Below are positions 25,201 to 38,800 of a stretch of 64,000 nt of DNA, piece by piece. Position 1 is the first letter of the stretch. Every line of letters begins with the position of its first letter. Where the stretch lies: contig OZ037768.1 of the NCBI GenBank assembly GCA_964035545.1, positions 1,892,741 through 1,956,740 of the forward strand. The letters run 5' to 3'. The DNA is from Bugula neritina (lineage: Eukaryota > Animalia > Bryozoa). The position numbers and the translations under genes were made by a program. The notes under the pieces were generated by a model. It ran no database searches, was not told the origin of the DNA, and saw only the letters and a program-made list of their open reading frames with translations.

Positions 25201-27689
25201 CTCTTTACAGAGAGGCATTTATGATTTCAATAATTTACTGTAAAGTTTTATAAAATAGAGTTATAAATGTATAATGGTTGGAAGGTGTGGGAAATGGAAA
25301 AGAAGGAGAACTGGTCAAGTATCGCGTGTAAAGCTACTATGATTGGACATAGCGACGCTGTCAGGAGTGTGGACGTCTGCGGGGAACGAGTTATCAGTGG
25401 CTCTTACGACTGCCTCATCAAGCTGTGGGACATCAAAACTGGCGCTTGCCTTAACACACTACGGTAAATATTTAGTAGTTAGTCAATAGTTGGTAGTTAG
25501 TCAATAGTTAGTAGTTAGTCAATAGTTAGTAGTTAGTCAATAGTTAGTAGTTAGTCAATAGTTAGTAGTTAGTCAATAGTTAGTAGTTAGTCAATAGTTA
25601 GTAGTTAGTCAATAGTTAGTAGTTAGTCAATAGTTAGTAGTTAGTCAATAGTTAGTAGCTAGTCAATAGTTAGTAGTTAATCAATGGTTGGTAGTTAGTC
25701 AATAGTTAGTAGTTAGTCAATAGTTAGTAGTTAGTCAATAGTTAGTAGTTAGTAGTTAATCAATGGTTGGTAGTTAGTCAATAGTTAGTAGTTAGTCAAT
25801 AGTTAGTAGTTAGTCAATAGTTAGTAGTTAGTCAATAGTAAGTAGTTAGTCAATAGTTAGTAGTTAGTCAATAGTTAGTAGTTAGTCAATAGTTAGTAGT
25901 TAGTCAATAGTTAGTAGTTAGTCAGTAGTTAGTAGTTAGTCAATAGTTAGTAGTTAGTCAGTAGTTAGTAGTTAGTCAATAGTTAGTAGTTAGTCAATAG
26001 TTAGTAGTTAGTAGTTAGTCAATAGTTAGTAGTTAGTCAATAGTTAGTAGTTAGTCAATAGTTAGTAGTTAGTCAATAGTTAGTAGTTAGTCAATAGTTA
26101 GTAGTTAGTCAATAGTTAGTCAATAGTTGGTAGTTAGTTAGTAGTTAGTCAATAGTTAGTAGTTAGTTAATAGTTAGTAGTTAGTTAATAGTTAGTAGTT
26201 AGTCAATGATTAGCAGTTAGTTAATAGTTGTGCTGACCAACTTCTAAACTAACTTCTGTAATCTATCTTTTAGTAAAAAGAGTTTTCAATTCTACACCAA
26301 GCATGTCTGTTTTGTTATTCATACACTCTACTCTTGTGTTCTTGGTTCCTTCATAGCATAGTTTGCACATGTTCAGATTCGTTATAAGTGCTTTACGTCT
26401 GCTTGTGTTACAAAAGCTGTGTCATTGTGCTGTGTTGTAGAGGACATACGGCTCCCATACTGTGTGTGCAGTCTGATGATGATAAGATTATATCTGGTTC
26501 AGCAGACACCTGCATAAAGGTCAGTATCTCAGGCTATGTTATGATATGGCTGTCACCTTCGACTTGCCGGCATATTAACAAACTAGTATTTCAGTTATTT
26601 AATTGTAGTTGTATCTCTATAATTTTTAAAATAAAGACTAATTTGTGCTGTAATTTCAGGCGCAAGATTAACTGTGGTTGACTGCATTCATTGCCTTGAT
26701 TAAAGGTTGTTATTTTGGCATTAATCTAGGTTTGATATTATCTTATTAAACTTTAAGCTAATAAATTGAAAGATTCTGCATTTCTTTTTGTTTAAGTAAA
26801 TTATACCAATGAGGTCTAGCTCTACTCTGGGTTCTGAATCACAATGAAATCGTAAACCTAATTATAGGTTCTACGTATTTGAGATATGGCTGTTCAGTTG
26901 GGAGTATTCTCCACTTGCTAATAAATAGACTGTAGTAATACATAGTGTTAGTTCTACAATCTAGATGTGGTTATAGTGAGAGTTTTCTGTCCTGGATGCC
27001 GGTTTTCATTACAAGCTGATAATTTATATGATTTAGATATGGGATTACAGTGGGAGTTGTCTTCAAACATTAACTGGTCACAGGGATTCCGTAGCTTGTC
27101 TACAGTTCGACTCTAAAAGAATAATTAGTGGTTCATTTGATTGGACAATCAGAGTGTGGGACATAAATACTGGGGAGCACATTAGAACTATCGACTGGAG
27201 GACATCTGAAGGTCACAACAGAGCTGTCAGGTAGGGACAACTCCAATGATTACTTATGATTTCCATCCGTTAGCCAATGAGGTGTAGACACATTTATAAG
27301 TCATTTATGGAATTTTTAACATAATATTTAAAAATTTTAAATAATAATTGATGCGATTTATTTACACCTTCAATATCTAGCATAAGATTTAGATGTCAAA
27401 ATATCAGAACTCAAACTCAGTTACAAAGCCAACATCAACTAGTGACATGACATTGTGATATGTCAGTCATGTGTCGGGCTGTTGTTGCAGGTGCTTGCAG
27501 GCAGATGATCAGAGGTTCCTTAGTGGTTCTGATGACAAGACCATCAAGGTGTGGAACATAGAGACGGGGGAAAGACTGGTTACCCTCCATTCTACTGGCT
27601 ACGGAATAACCTGTCTCCAGTTTAGTGACACCAGGATTGTCTCCGGTTCTTATGACAATAAAGTGCTACTCTGGGACTTCACTGTCTGA
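22290..27689 (+). CDS. F-box and WD40 repeat protein (FBXW7/beta-TrCP-like family), ~11 coding exons
   Basis: F-box DWLSWLPDTIALKIFSYLDP|VSLCQASRCCYSWHELSTDSYLWK; linker WRKVFSEQYRISSNWRKGR; about 7 WD40 repeats (GHSEGVSCIQFDDERIVSGSFDTTIK, GHSKTVRCL, GHSDAVRSV, GHTAPILCV, GHRDSVACL, GHNRAVRCL, IVSGSYDNKVLLWDF). Confidence 0.92.
25472..26228. repeat. 18-bp minisatellite (agttagtagttagtcaat)
   Basis: About 40 copies starting about 10 bp after the donor at 25464. Confidence 0.95.
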
Positions 27690-28805
27690 CATCTGGCCTC
27701 TTTTTCATATCATCAGTTCTGACCAATCACCACTCCCCTCTCTGATGTCATATGATTACTGTCCAATCATCACTCTCTTTTTTATATCGTCTAATTTCTG
27801 ACCAATCAATTGCCTATATCAGTGCTGCTGGCCAGTTTTCTTTTATTTTGTATTTTAACAACTGCTAGTTGATTGTTTTGGACTAATAATTATTTTTTTA
27901 CAATTCTTCCGCTTGTGCAAGTATCATTACAAACAGATAACCAAAGTTCATGGATTATAACTTTTATGTTCTATGGTATTTCAAACTATTTAATTTCTAT
28001 TTTATTGGATGATAAGCAGTTAGAAATCTAGATGATTCATGAAAAGAATTTCATTGTTTTTTCTATTTATGTCTATATTATCAATTTATTCTTTCATAGA
28101 TGGTATACTTTTATACGCCTTGCCATAATCATCAACTGTTATAATTGTAAGTGTATGTATATAGTGTAAATATATAATAGTAGTTATTTTATTACATATG
28201 AGCCATTTTTACAACCTTTTAGATATAAAACTATATATTTGCTATAACCAGCTATTTCATTGCTCTTGTGGTAATTTTAAAATGCAACCTCATGTTTACA
28301 TTTTATGAACAGTCAATAGGCAACTAGTTGCTAGCTCGGTTATAGATAGCCTTTTTTGTATGATTGATTATAATGATTGAGCATATCATACTCTCATAAG
28401 AAAACTGTAGTGAGTTTTTATGAACCACAACCATTCAACATAATATTTTATTGATAACTGTAAATTCATTAATCAGCAGTTGTTTTTCCTTATTGGGAAA
28501 CATTTACACAGTACTGAAAATTTACATGCACAACTAGTAATGGAGATATTCGTGATCTAATCTTAATTTTACCTGCAGTTTCGCCGAGCTTTAAACACAT
28601 GTACCATGTACATGGGTTTTGATAAGTTTCAGTTAAACTTTATACAATAATATTAAATTAAAATACTAATAGTTGGTGAAATAGCGGTAATATATTTCAT
28701 TCATCTACTGCGGTCAAGCAAAGTGCTCAATAACAATTAAGACTGAGTCACTTTGTTTATTACTCCATATGATAAATACCTAATCATTGTACAATTTGAA
28801 TTACA

Positions 28806-31654
28806 ATGGCTGCATTAACTCTACAGTTTCCAGAAGTGATAGACGCAATTTTTAAAGGATGGACAGCATTACAGGTAACTGAAACTAGTAATAGTAATAC
28901 TACTACTAACTCGGGGACTGAGACTAAGTAATAAGTTTTTTTTCAAAGTCGCTAAGAGTAAGTTATAAGTACTAATGGTAAATAGTAAATTGAACTTGAA
29001 GTGGTAACAATTTTCAAACTTATAGTTACAGTCACAATAAATGAATAATAGTCATAGTGACATGCGGCTGCTACAATAATTTTATTAATTATGATAGTAA
29101 TACTTGCTTCAAGTATATCAATAACTATAACTATAAGTCTTACTCTTAATAATAAGTATGAATTTTACTATTAGAGTATTACATTTACTACTGCTAGTAC
29201 CACCGTATCAACTTCAAGGGCATAATGATAATGATAATCAGCATAGCAACATTATCATTAGGAGTATCATTATGAATATTAACATGAAAATTATACCTTT
29301 TAGTATTAGGCTAAGCACTAGTATTACTATCAGTTTAGCTGTTCACTGTGTTTCTTAGGTATTGCTCTCAGTAAAACTAAATGTAGGTACTAATTAATAG
29401 GTGAATAATAATGAACTAATAATAACACTAATATATTTAAATTCATATTGTAACTGTGAGTGTAAAACTAAGTACAGCTGCAAGTGCTAAAAAACTTAAT
29501 TATATAGCAACTATTTTAGCTTAAGATTAATTTTAAGTCTTAGTCTAAATGCTAAAGTAGGGAGCAGCCGTGGTCTAGGGGTTTGAGCGTTTGCCTATCA
29601 AACACGAGGTCATGGGTTTGAGCCCCGACAAAGGCCATTGGTGATGTTAGGAAGAGCATCCAGTCATAATTGCTCCTGTGCCTCATTTAAATAAGTCCTT
29701 AGCCCGCTTTAACAAAAACCCTTTCCATCAGGGGTTTCTCACAGGGATGGTGACTATAAACCTCCGTAAGAGTCTAAATGTTTAAGTATTAATATTTTAT
29801 TGGTTACCAATATAATATATATAATATAATATAAACCATTTTTTTCTAGTTGTAGTACTACTAGTAGTAGCTTTCAAAATGCAAGCACAGTTATAGGTGC
29901 CAATTAGATTCAGGTTGTATGAAATGGCACCCTGTGCAGTGTTCAGTTATCCCATTAAATACTTTTGCATTATGCTTGAACATCATTTGTCTTAGGTAAG
30001 ACTCCTAATGAGCATTCAAATTCGCTTTACTAAAGATGTTCTATTGCAATATGTGAAATACTTGCTTTGATGGATATAATTATTTCAATTAAAACTTAAT
30101 CTTCACAGATTAAAGAAATAGTTTTAACAAGTCTTTCGCTTATATAGCCTGTGTTCTCTGTTTCAGCTTGCGGTTGCTCACTCCTTTGGTGGAACACACT
30201 CTAAGGCTAAAGCCGAGTGGTTTGTTGAAGCTACAGAGCAATGGATGAAAGAGAATTGTAGGTTACTTTCACTGTTGATAATTTCTATTCCTAATGTGGG
30301 AAATAAAACTTTCATTTTATTTGTAATTTTTTTCAGTAGCTTGTGTTTAAATAGTGTGCACATTCAATATCAAGTCTTGATAACAGCTGTTTCCTGTTTT
30401 CCACAGCTGATGTCGATGCCTACGAGCTGGAAGATTTTCTCGCAGAAATTATGTCAGCAGAGTTTAACACAGTGGTTGATGACAACAGCTTAGTTGAGGT
30501 AACACACACACACACACGCACACACACGTGTGTGCGCATCCAACGCACGCACACACTAACAGGTGGTACTCTGGTTTCTACTTGAAAACACCGCCCTGGG
30601 TCATTCTGCTAATAATTCAAATTTAATAAATTTATTATAATATTCATAGAAATATTTTTGTGTTATAATTGGTATATATTATGTTAACACAATACAAGGG
30701 CATTCTCACTGAAGTTGTGTGTACCTGTACCAGAGTATAGTGTGACATAGTATAGCGTGTCTATGTATTGTTAAATATATCTATGGTCAGTTTCATGCTT
30801 ACAGGTGGCTACCAAGATTTGTAAAATATACAGACTCATTTGTCAAGGTGAATACGAACAGGTGAATAACATTGTATCCACCCTCCAGAAGTCAGCACCT
30901 GTGACGTCTAGTCAGAAGCAGCAGGTCGACAGCGATGAAGACGATGACGACATGGTATGTGATGACGCTGTGCTATGTGTCTGTCTGTGTGTCTCTCCGT
31001 CGGTCGGTCTGTCTGTCTGCCAGCATACAGCAAGAGTGTTGTTACTAAATTCTACTCAATTAACATTTTCCAAGAATTCTTGAAGACAATCTTTTATTAA
31101 TCTTTATTTCTATCAAGTCTTTTCAGTTGGTTTGAGGTGCAACTGAAAACTAGTGTTGTATGTAATATAATGAAATATATAGTTGATGAAATTAAATATC
31201 TTAAATTTGCAATTATGTTCCGCAATGAAAATAAATTCAATACTAAAAATTCACATAATCGAAAGCTCTAGCAATCATTTGTTGTTGATTGCTGGTAAAG
31301 GGTGTGAAAAGTAATGTAACGAGTTTTCTGGTGTTGCTTAAAACCAAGAGATTTCACCTTTACATCATACATGCTTTCTTTAAGCTGAACATTTGATCTA
31401 TGGACGTTAGTTGTAGTTTTTGACATTATAGCATGTCCGTACCGTTTGTGTTTTAGGATGTAACCAATGACAATGTAACAAATCACATGAATGCATTAGA
31501 GCTGAATAGAACAGCCAATGAGTCATCTCCGTCTGCTTCTGAACATACAAATTCTGACCAATCAAATGGCACCAGCCAATCAAATGACAATAGCCAATCA
31601 AATGAGGAAGATGGCTGGATAAATGTTACCAAGGGTGGTAAACCCAAAAGATAG
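28806..31654 (+). CDS. TSR2: Pre-rRNA-processing protein TSR2, 5 exons
   Basis: MAALTLQFPEVIDAIFKGWTALQ|LAVAHSFGGTHSKAKAEWFV...ELEDFLAEIMSAEFNTVVDDNSLVE|VATKIC...; acidic tail ending EEDGWINVTKGGKPKR*. Confidence 0.93.
28875..29545. other. Drifting 6-nt-unit tract filling the start of TSR2 intron 1
   Basis: Begins at the first donor; e.g. ataact ataact ataagt cttact; cataat gataat gataat cagcat agcaac. Confidence 0.6.
29560..29770 (+). mobile_element. tRNA-derived SINE (~211 bp)
   Basis: A-box TGGTCTAGGGG, B-box GGTTTGAGCCC; flanked by 18-bp direct repeats agtctaaatgctaaagta (29542-29559) and agtctaaatgtttaagta (29771-29788). Confidence 0.85.
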
Positions 31655-31978
31655 TATTTTTTTAAAAAATATTTATTTTTGCATTTTTTATGAACCTAAA
31701 CATGATGAGTCTGGGTGATCGATGGTATTGAGTTCTGAAGCTTTTATTTTAGTCGTTAGTTTTTAAGTAGCCACATTTTAATGGCACATATTAGCACTGA
31801 GGTTTACAATTTATTAGTCCGTTTCTTTTTCAAATTTATAAATATCATTACATTAAATAAATAAAATAAAACTTGTTTCGCAAATTCTCACATTACAGAT
31901 GTTGTGTTGGTTTGCCATTTCCAAGTTAGCTAGCAGTCAGTCAACTTGATAGAGTATTTGTATTTCAATCTCATCCTT

Positions 31979-32718
31979 TCATTCAGCGTATAGTCCGTAT
32001 AAACAACCAACAGCATACAAACTATTGTTCTTGAATGTCCCGTCAGCGTAATTGTCAAACTTGTCATTCCACACACATCTACTGCCCATGGACAATGCTG
32101 CGTTTTTGTTCTCCACTATAGTGACCAGAGAGACCAGCTTATGTCTTCTATACCCCTCTGACTTTACTCTTTGCTTTATCATGTCTGCGAGCTCCTTGCA
32201 CTTCTGCGTCGCCAACTCTGCACTGTACTCCTTGTTCTCGAGGTTGTCCTACAATTTGTATACAACCATTTCTGTGCTCCACGGGGAGTTGTCTTTACTC
32301 AGAAAATTGTTGAACAAGTTTGAAAAGATAAGACAGTTTAAACTCCTAGCTGGCGCTAGTAATAATCAAATTCTCAATTTTAGAACCTAAATGTTTCTGA
32401 AAATGCTAATCACTAAAACTAGTGGTTATGAAACGTATTGAGATCAGCATCAATTTTGCTAATGAGCCTAATTGCTCGTTAATTATGTCAGATCAAAGCA
32501 GGTAAATATCTTATATTTATTGAAAGTTTAGTTTTTACCTGCAGAATATCATTGATGATCTTCCGGATTGGTGCACTAGGGAAGGTAGCATCTGGCTCCA
32601 GTTTGTATGTATTCTCGTACTGTACTCCCTGTTTCCCTGGCTGGCCATACTCATGTGGGTGGCTTCTTTGGGTGCTAGCGGAGGGATGAGATTGTGCCCC
32701 GTGTTTTGTCTTCAACAT
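31979..32718 (-). CDS. Tctex1-domain dynein light chain (DYNLT5/TCTEX1D1-like), 2 coding exons
   Basis: YENTYKLEPDATFPSAPIRKIINDILQ|DNLENKEY...CKELADMIKQRVK...YRRHKLVSLVTI...SRCVWNDKFDNYA...FKNNSLYAVGCLYGLYAE. Intron 32538-32249. Confidence 0.92.
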
Positions 32719-33054
32719 CTTTATTAAATCCCAGTGTAAATAGTCGCACTATCAGCTCACAAACTGCATGCAATAATTATAATAAATCTAGCCATGCATG
32801 CGCGAGTCATAGGTAGCTTATGAGTCATAGGTAACTTATGTGACTTATATTATCTCGCAGGTAATACTATAGGTTGGCTAGTGTTTTGCTGGTGAAGATT
32901 TCATCATTTAGCCTCAATAATTTATCACTAGAAGTAAATCATCATCAGATGAAATGTAAGAGCATTCTTACATTTTATCTGATGATTGTGTGTTGAGCAC
33001 ATGAAACTATTAGTAAAAAGATGTTTTAAATCAAATTTTATCGTACTCTACTTC

Positions 33055-33078
33055 ATATATATATATAAATATATATAT

Positions 33079-33167
<89 letters not shown>
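33055..33167. repeat. (AT)n microsatellite
   Basis: Long pure AT run. Confidence 0.95.
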
Positions 33168-33170
<3 letters not shown>

Positions 33171-34959
33171 GCATATGTTATGTATTTATGTAATGTTGTA
33201 ATATATTGTTATATATGTAATATTGCTACAAAAACTGCAGTGTCTGTATTATTATAATAATTACACAGTACAAGGTACTCTATTTCAAGTAAGTAGTTAG
33301 TATAAATGTTTAGTGTAAGTATTTAATGTTAAATTTAGAATTTTAGTGTAAGTACATTGTATTTAAGTTTATCATACTTACCTCTCTTAACGTATAAACT
33401 CTAGTATACAACTTGCCTAGAGAGTGCTACACAATATTTCTTGTAACTAACCACATCTGTTATCAAAACATTCACTTGAATAGAAACTGCTACAAAAATG
33501 AATAATTATAATAAACGTGATTGAATTGATTGTTGCTAGTCCTACAGTCTCTACTGATGCAAGTGGCTAACTGGTGTAATTTGAAACTGGATTGCAATTA
33601 GCAAGTGCATGTTCAGGTGAACTTTTGTTAAAAGTTGCTGAAAATAGCATTAAATTATGCGCCTAGTTTTCTTCTGGTAAACATGTATAATATACTGTTA
33701 TAGCTTCCATAGGCTCTTATAATCTGTATCAAATTTTACTCAAAACACAATTAAAATTATTTGTGTATCTCTTTGGCTAAGACACAGCTTTTCAATCCTT
33801 TAGCTTCTGTACCTCATTTTGTTTCTCCAATAGTTTCAATTTGACTGCCTTATAATAGGACACTAATGTGTACGGTGTTTATTATAGTAAGCTAACAAAT
33901 CATATAATGGTAATACACTCTGAGACATTGTAAATAGGCAGAGAATTCTATAGAGTTCTAGATTAATAGATAGATTATCGAGTTAAGTATGACCTGTATC
34001 TAATAAACCACTTAAAACATAAAAGTATGTTGTTATAAGGAGCTGTTGCTTCAGTATGTGTGTTTTAAAACAATTAGCTAATAATATTATGTTATATTAA
34101 ATAACTTATTTTATAATAAGCAATATCATATTATATCAAACAACATTATAATATTATAATAAACAATATTATGTTATAATTATTGTATGTATTATTATAT
34201 AATTGACTGATCAACCAAGTAATGTTTATATGCTGGTATTAACATTTTCTGACTTACTTCTTTGAATTTAAGAAGTCATCTCCACATACAACACTACCTT
34301 CATTTAAACATAATACAGCTGGTTCTGCTGCAACATAATTTAATGAAATAATAATATATTAGTTCAATATCAACATAAAAACACAAAATATGCTTTTATA
34401 TTCCTACATTTTGCATAAAGGGCTTAGCTAAACACCTGGTAAAATGTTGTAGTCTAAGACACCTATAGCCTGCATGAGCAAAAATTAATTATCATAGTTT
34501 AATTATCAAATTATTTCAAAGGTTTTTTGTAGCTCGACAAAGAAGTTTGCCCAAATTAGTAGTTTGGAACTTGAAGTAAGTGATTGTTTTATCTATTCTT
34601 TTTAGTGATGGAACTGACTAGTGTAATTCGGCCTTTCTTGATATATGAGTTGTGACTCTTCTTTACAAAGTAAGTGATGGAAATAATAATAACATACATA
34701 TCTATAACATTAGCCACTGGAGAAATTATCAAATGCACACATAAAAAAGAAGATAACTCTTAAATGAGAATTTAATATACCGAACGGGCTCGAAATCTTT
34801 CATGTAGTCGTTACTTACCTGTGAACAGGCAACAGCTTACACAATAATATATTTGTCCAGATTGTGCACAATAGTTTAATGTTACTGGACTATTTCTTTC
34901 CAACGAATGTTCATTATTTTTATTACCAAATTTAATTATTATCAATTTCAGTAAATTTT

Positions 34960-35400
34960 TACTTAGTTGAGAACTTATAAGTACTTATAGAACTATTACT
35001 TAGCTATAGTGACAACAGTTCATTTATTTAGCAATCGTTGGTTCCAAGTTATTATCGTTATCGTTATGATTTTAAAGTATATCATGATGATGATTATGGT
35101 TATCGTTATGATTATTCAAGTGAAATTCAATACCAATATGATTATGAATATAAATATGAAGTTCAAATTGAATGTCATAAAGTGTAAACTTGAATCTTGA
35201 AATATTTTACGGTTACATGGAAAATTTTCTACTTATAGTTTTTCAACTATGCTTGTAGTTGTAATGCTATTGCTATGCTATGCTTGCTTAGTATATACCA
35301 ATAGTAGCAATACTATAGAGTATAGCCATAGAGGTAACCGTAATGTTATATACATCTACTATGGCCATAGGTAATGTTATTGTCTCAAAAGTGATAGCCA
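34960..35400. other. Drifting 6-nt-unit tract upstream of the ZNF277 CDS
   Basis: e.g. atcgtt atcgtt atgatt; cttgaa tcttgaa; aatgct attgct atgct. Confidence 0.55.
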
Positions 35401-35835
35401 CACATGTTTATCCTGAAAGAAATGAAGCAACGCCTATTTGGGAAACAAGTTTTAGTGAAAGTTTAATTTACAAAATTATTTCATACTTGGAATTTTCAAA
35501 TCGTTTTAATAGGTAATTTCAACATTGAAAACCCAGCTTGCCTTCAGTAGAAGTAAATCATCACCGGGTTACAGTTTCAGTCCATGCTGGCCTAAAGGCT
35601 AAAGTTGATGTAGAAAGAGTGTTACCCAGCCTATCAAAGAAGACTAAATAGTGACCTTACTTAGAGTTCTTGTCGTAACACATAGAGCTCACTATATAAT
35701 ACATAGCAACTCTTGACTTTGCAATCTGATAGACGTCTTTAGTTGTGTTTTTAAGGTTTAATCCCCCTCCCTTGAAAGATGATTTTTTTTTTCATATCAA
35801 CATTTAATCTTTATGTTCATCTGTTAAGGGTGGGA

Positions 35836-38800
35836 ATGGCATCGGGTGTTCAGGCTTTGGTTCTCACTTCTAACGACTTGCAGTCTAAGAAAGCACCAGA
35901 ATGTTCTTATTTCCAGCAATGTCTGCTATGTCGGCAATGGTAAGTTGGCTTCTGGGAAATATTGCTAAGGAAATACATATTTTTATTTGACAAACTTACT
36001 GTAAGTTGGCACTTGATGCTGCAAAAATAGCTGGTAATTATTATTATAGTGCAATTCTAGCTCTACCTGCACCACACAAGGAGGATTATATAGTGTAGAG
36101 TGTATTTGTAGTTTCAATCTAGAAGTTTCTTTAGACGATTTTCTCCATCACATTCTTCACTCACATGGTCTGGTTATAGCTGATGTAGACAAGATTGCTT
36201 ACGTTCACAGGTAACCTCTCATCAACATTGCAGAGCCAAATCAAAATCAAACTCTAAAAAATAAACGTCAAATAATTTTTAATTGCAGCTGAATACTTAT
36301 TCTTTATTGAAAATTCATATCGCTAGACCAGAAATATAAATATGGTTGATAGCAGTGTATTGTTTTCTTTGATTATTTTACTGTTGTGAAGAAAAATATT
36401 TCACTCTGCTAGAATCGTCTGTTATATTTCACTCTGCAGTGTTCAAAATGGTTACAGTATAATTATTAATATTGAAGATCTCCTGAGCAGTTGTAAATGA
36501 ACTTAGAGTTGTGTCCCCATCAACTAATATGAGAAGACAACTTATAAAGTTCGTCTTCTGCCTAATTCATTAACTGTTTAATTTAATGCAGATATGTGGA
36601 ATATTGGAGAGTGAAACTAGCCACAAACTCATTAGATTCTGTCTGTATTGGAATGAAAGATAATACAGAAGGTAACAACTATATAATTATATGTTAAAGC
36701 CGCCACTTAAGAACTTGACAAATAAAACACAAGCATTAAAACTAATATAAACTTTTCATTAGCAATTTTGTTTAAAAAATTTTACATTGTGGCCATTAAA
36801 CAACCTCTGAGTGATAATTTTATATGTTTTGTCAGGATTATACAGAAGTAATATTGATGAAATATCAACAGAACTAATATATAAGTGATGCAAATAAATA
36901 TGTAAAATACTAAGACAAAATTTGAAAAAAGTAGTTTTTTTGCAATAGTTATTAGGAATTCTCTTAGACTCTCAGAGATGCAAGTGAGGTAACATCAAGA
37001 ATTAAAGTTCAAAATAACTAAATACCATATTTAATGACACTCGAAGCTTGTTGCAGTGAGTTGTATAAATACATAAAAATAGAAAAAAGTTTTTTTATTA
37101 AGTTTGCATATTAACAACATATAATTAATTTTTAAAGCTTTGCTGTTAACTATTTATGATTGTGTATGTTGCTTAATTGTGAATTGAAATGTGCAAATTT
37201 ATTAATTTTGATTTTTCATTGTGTTAAAAATACTGTTAAATTCATTTACCTCAAAGTAAAAAGCTGTCCTAAACAGTTTTTAATAAGAAATAATGAAATG
37301 TCCGTATAATGGGATTTTCTCTATTAGGTGTAGTTACCTTCAGGTTTAGATATTTCAGTGTTAGTGTGTGCAACTGGGCTGTAAATAATACATATTAAAT
37401 ATAATTTATAAATATTGATAGTTTGACATGAAGCATTCCAGGTGTAACCATCTAATCAACTCTTAGAAATAATTACTTATCGTCTGTCTTATTTACATAA
37501 CTTCTCTCAATTATCAATCAAACATCAATCAGTTTAATTAACTAAATAATATCACTTTTAATTTTTGTCTGTCTTTTGAAGTTTATCACTCCCATGCAGT
37601 AATTACTTTCATTTTGATATTGATCAATTTGATCATATCAGCACTTGGCACTGCATCGTCTGCCAGAGTATTGGGAAAGTTCATTGAAATATTATATATG
37701 GGAACATTATTTGATCATTCTTAGAAGAGTTTTTGTTTTACATATATTAGTATTTGAATGGCATAATCTCCACTGACTCAGATTATCATCATCTTAACAA
37801 AAGTCAAATCCCAAAATCCTCTTCAATCCTTTAAATACATCAGCATCAGTGCTATGAATATACTCTCTATAAGTGGTTTAAAACAAACTCAATATAATGG
37901 ATAAGACAATCTGACAATAGAAATTAACACAAATTAGATTTGGCAAAACAGCTGTGTTCATTCATCTTGCTTAAGTAAATGAGTTGATCTTGTCCCAAAG
38001 TTAATGTTCTCAGTTGACTCACACTTCGAGTTGACTAATCTGAAGTGATTGGTGTTATAGATGGTGAGAAACATTACTACATGCTATCTCCTCTCCTCCC
38101 AGAAGATGAACAACTCAGAACCAATCTCCTATCTGACAGGTTGCAGCAGGTGCTCTCTATTCAGCAGGCGGAGAGGGAAGACAACTCTGCTACATGGAAA
38201 TGTCTGTTTTGTGCCGAAGTTTACTCGGGCAACAGGTTAGATCTAGCTAGTCAACAATCACTTGAGTTGCTTGTCACCCTTGGCTGTCAGGCTGTCAGTG
38301 ACTCACTGCTAGTTAGTCATAGGATGATTCACCATGTTTGCTTTACATGGAGATAAACTGGGTTTTGATACTAACATTGTGAGTTTCATTGCTAAAAGGA
38401 GTAAAGTTTTTTGTGAGGATTAATGTCTAATGATCATATAAATAGGTAGTTGTTGTCGTTGAGGTTTGGCGGACATAACCCGGTTGGTACTAGATTTGGT
38501 GTGCAAGTGTAACTATCTCAGCTGATCTGTGGAACACTGTGTAGTTGTGGGCCACGTAATATGCAAATAGTTAACCCGGAGTGCTAATTACCTCAAGAAA
38601 TTAGGAAGATGTTGTAATTAGAGGCTGCACAAGGTGGCACTGGTACCAACCAATATAATGTTACATCTGTTTGAACTGACTGTGTGCCCTGCGTCTCTCC
38701 CTTCTCCTTTGTCCACCCATCATACTTCCTGTCTCTTTCAGCTGCATCTAAAACAGGCAGAATACTTTATTGATTGAACAGCCGTTAGATGATGTTTGGT

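Noticed and set aside
29560-29640. Possible tRNA gene
   Set aside because: No convincing acceptor stem or terminator; the unrelated tail and TSD indicate a SINE.
31700-31740. ATGATGA...CTGA as a C/D snoRNA
   Set aside because: Only about 37 nt, in a 3'UTR, with no terminal stem.
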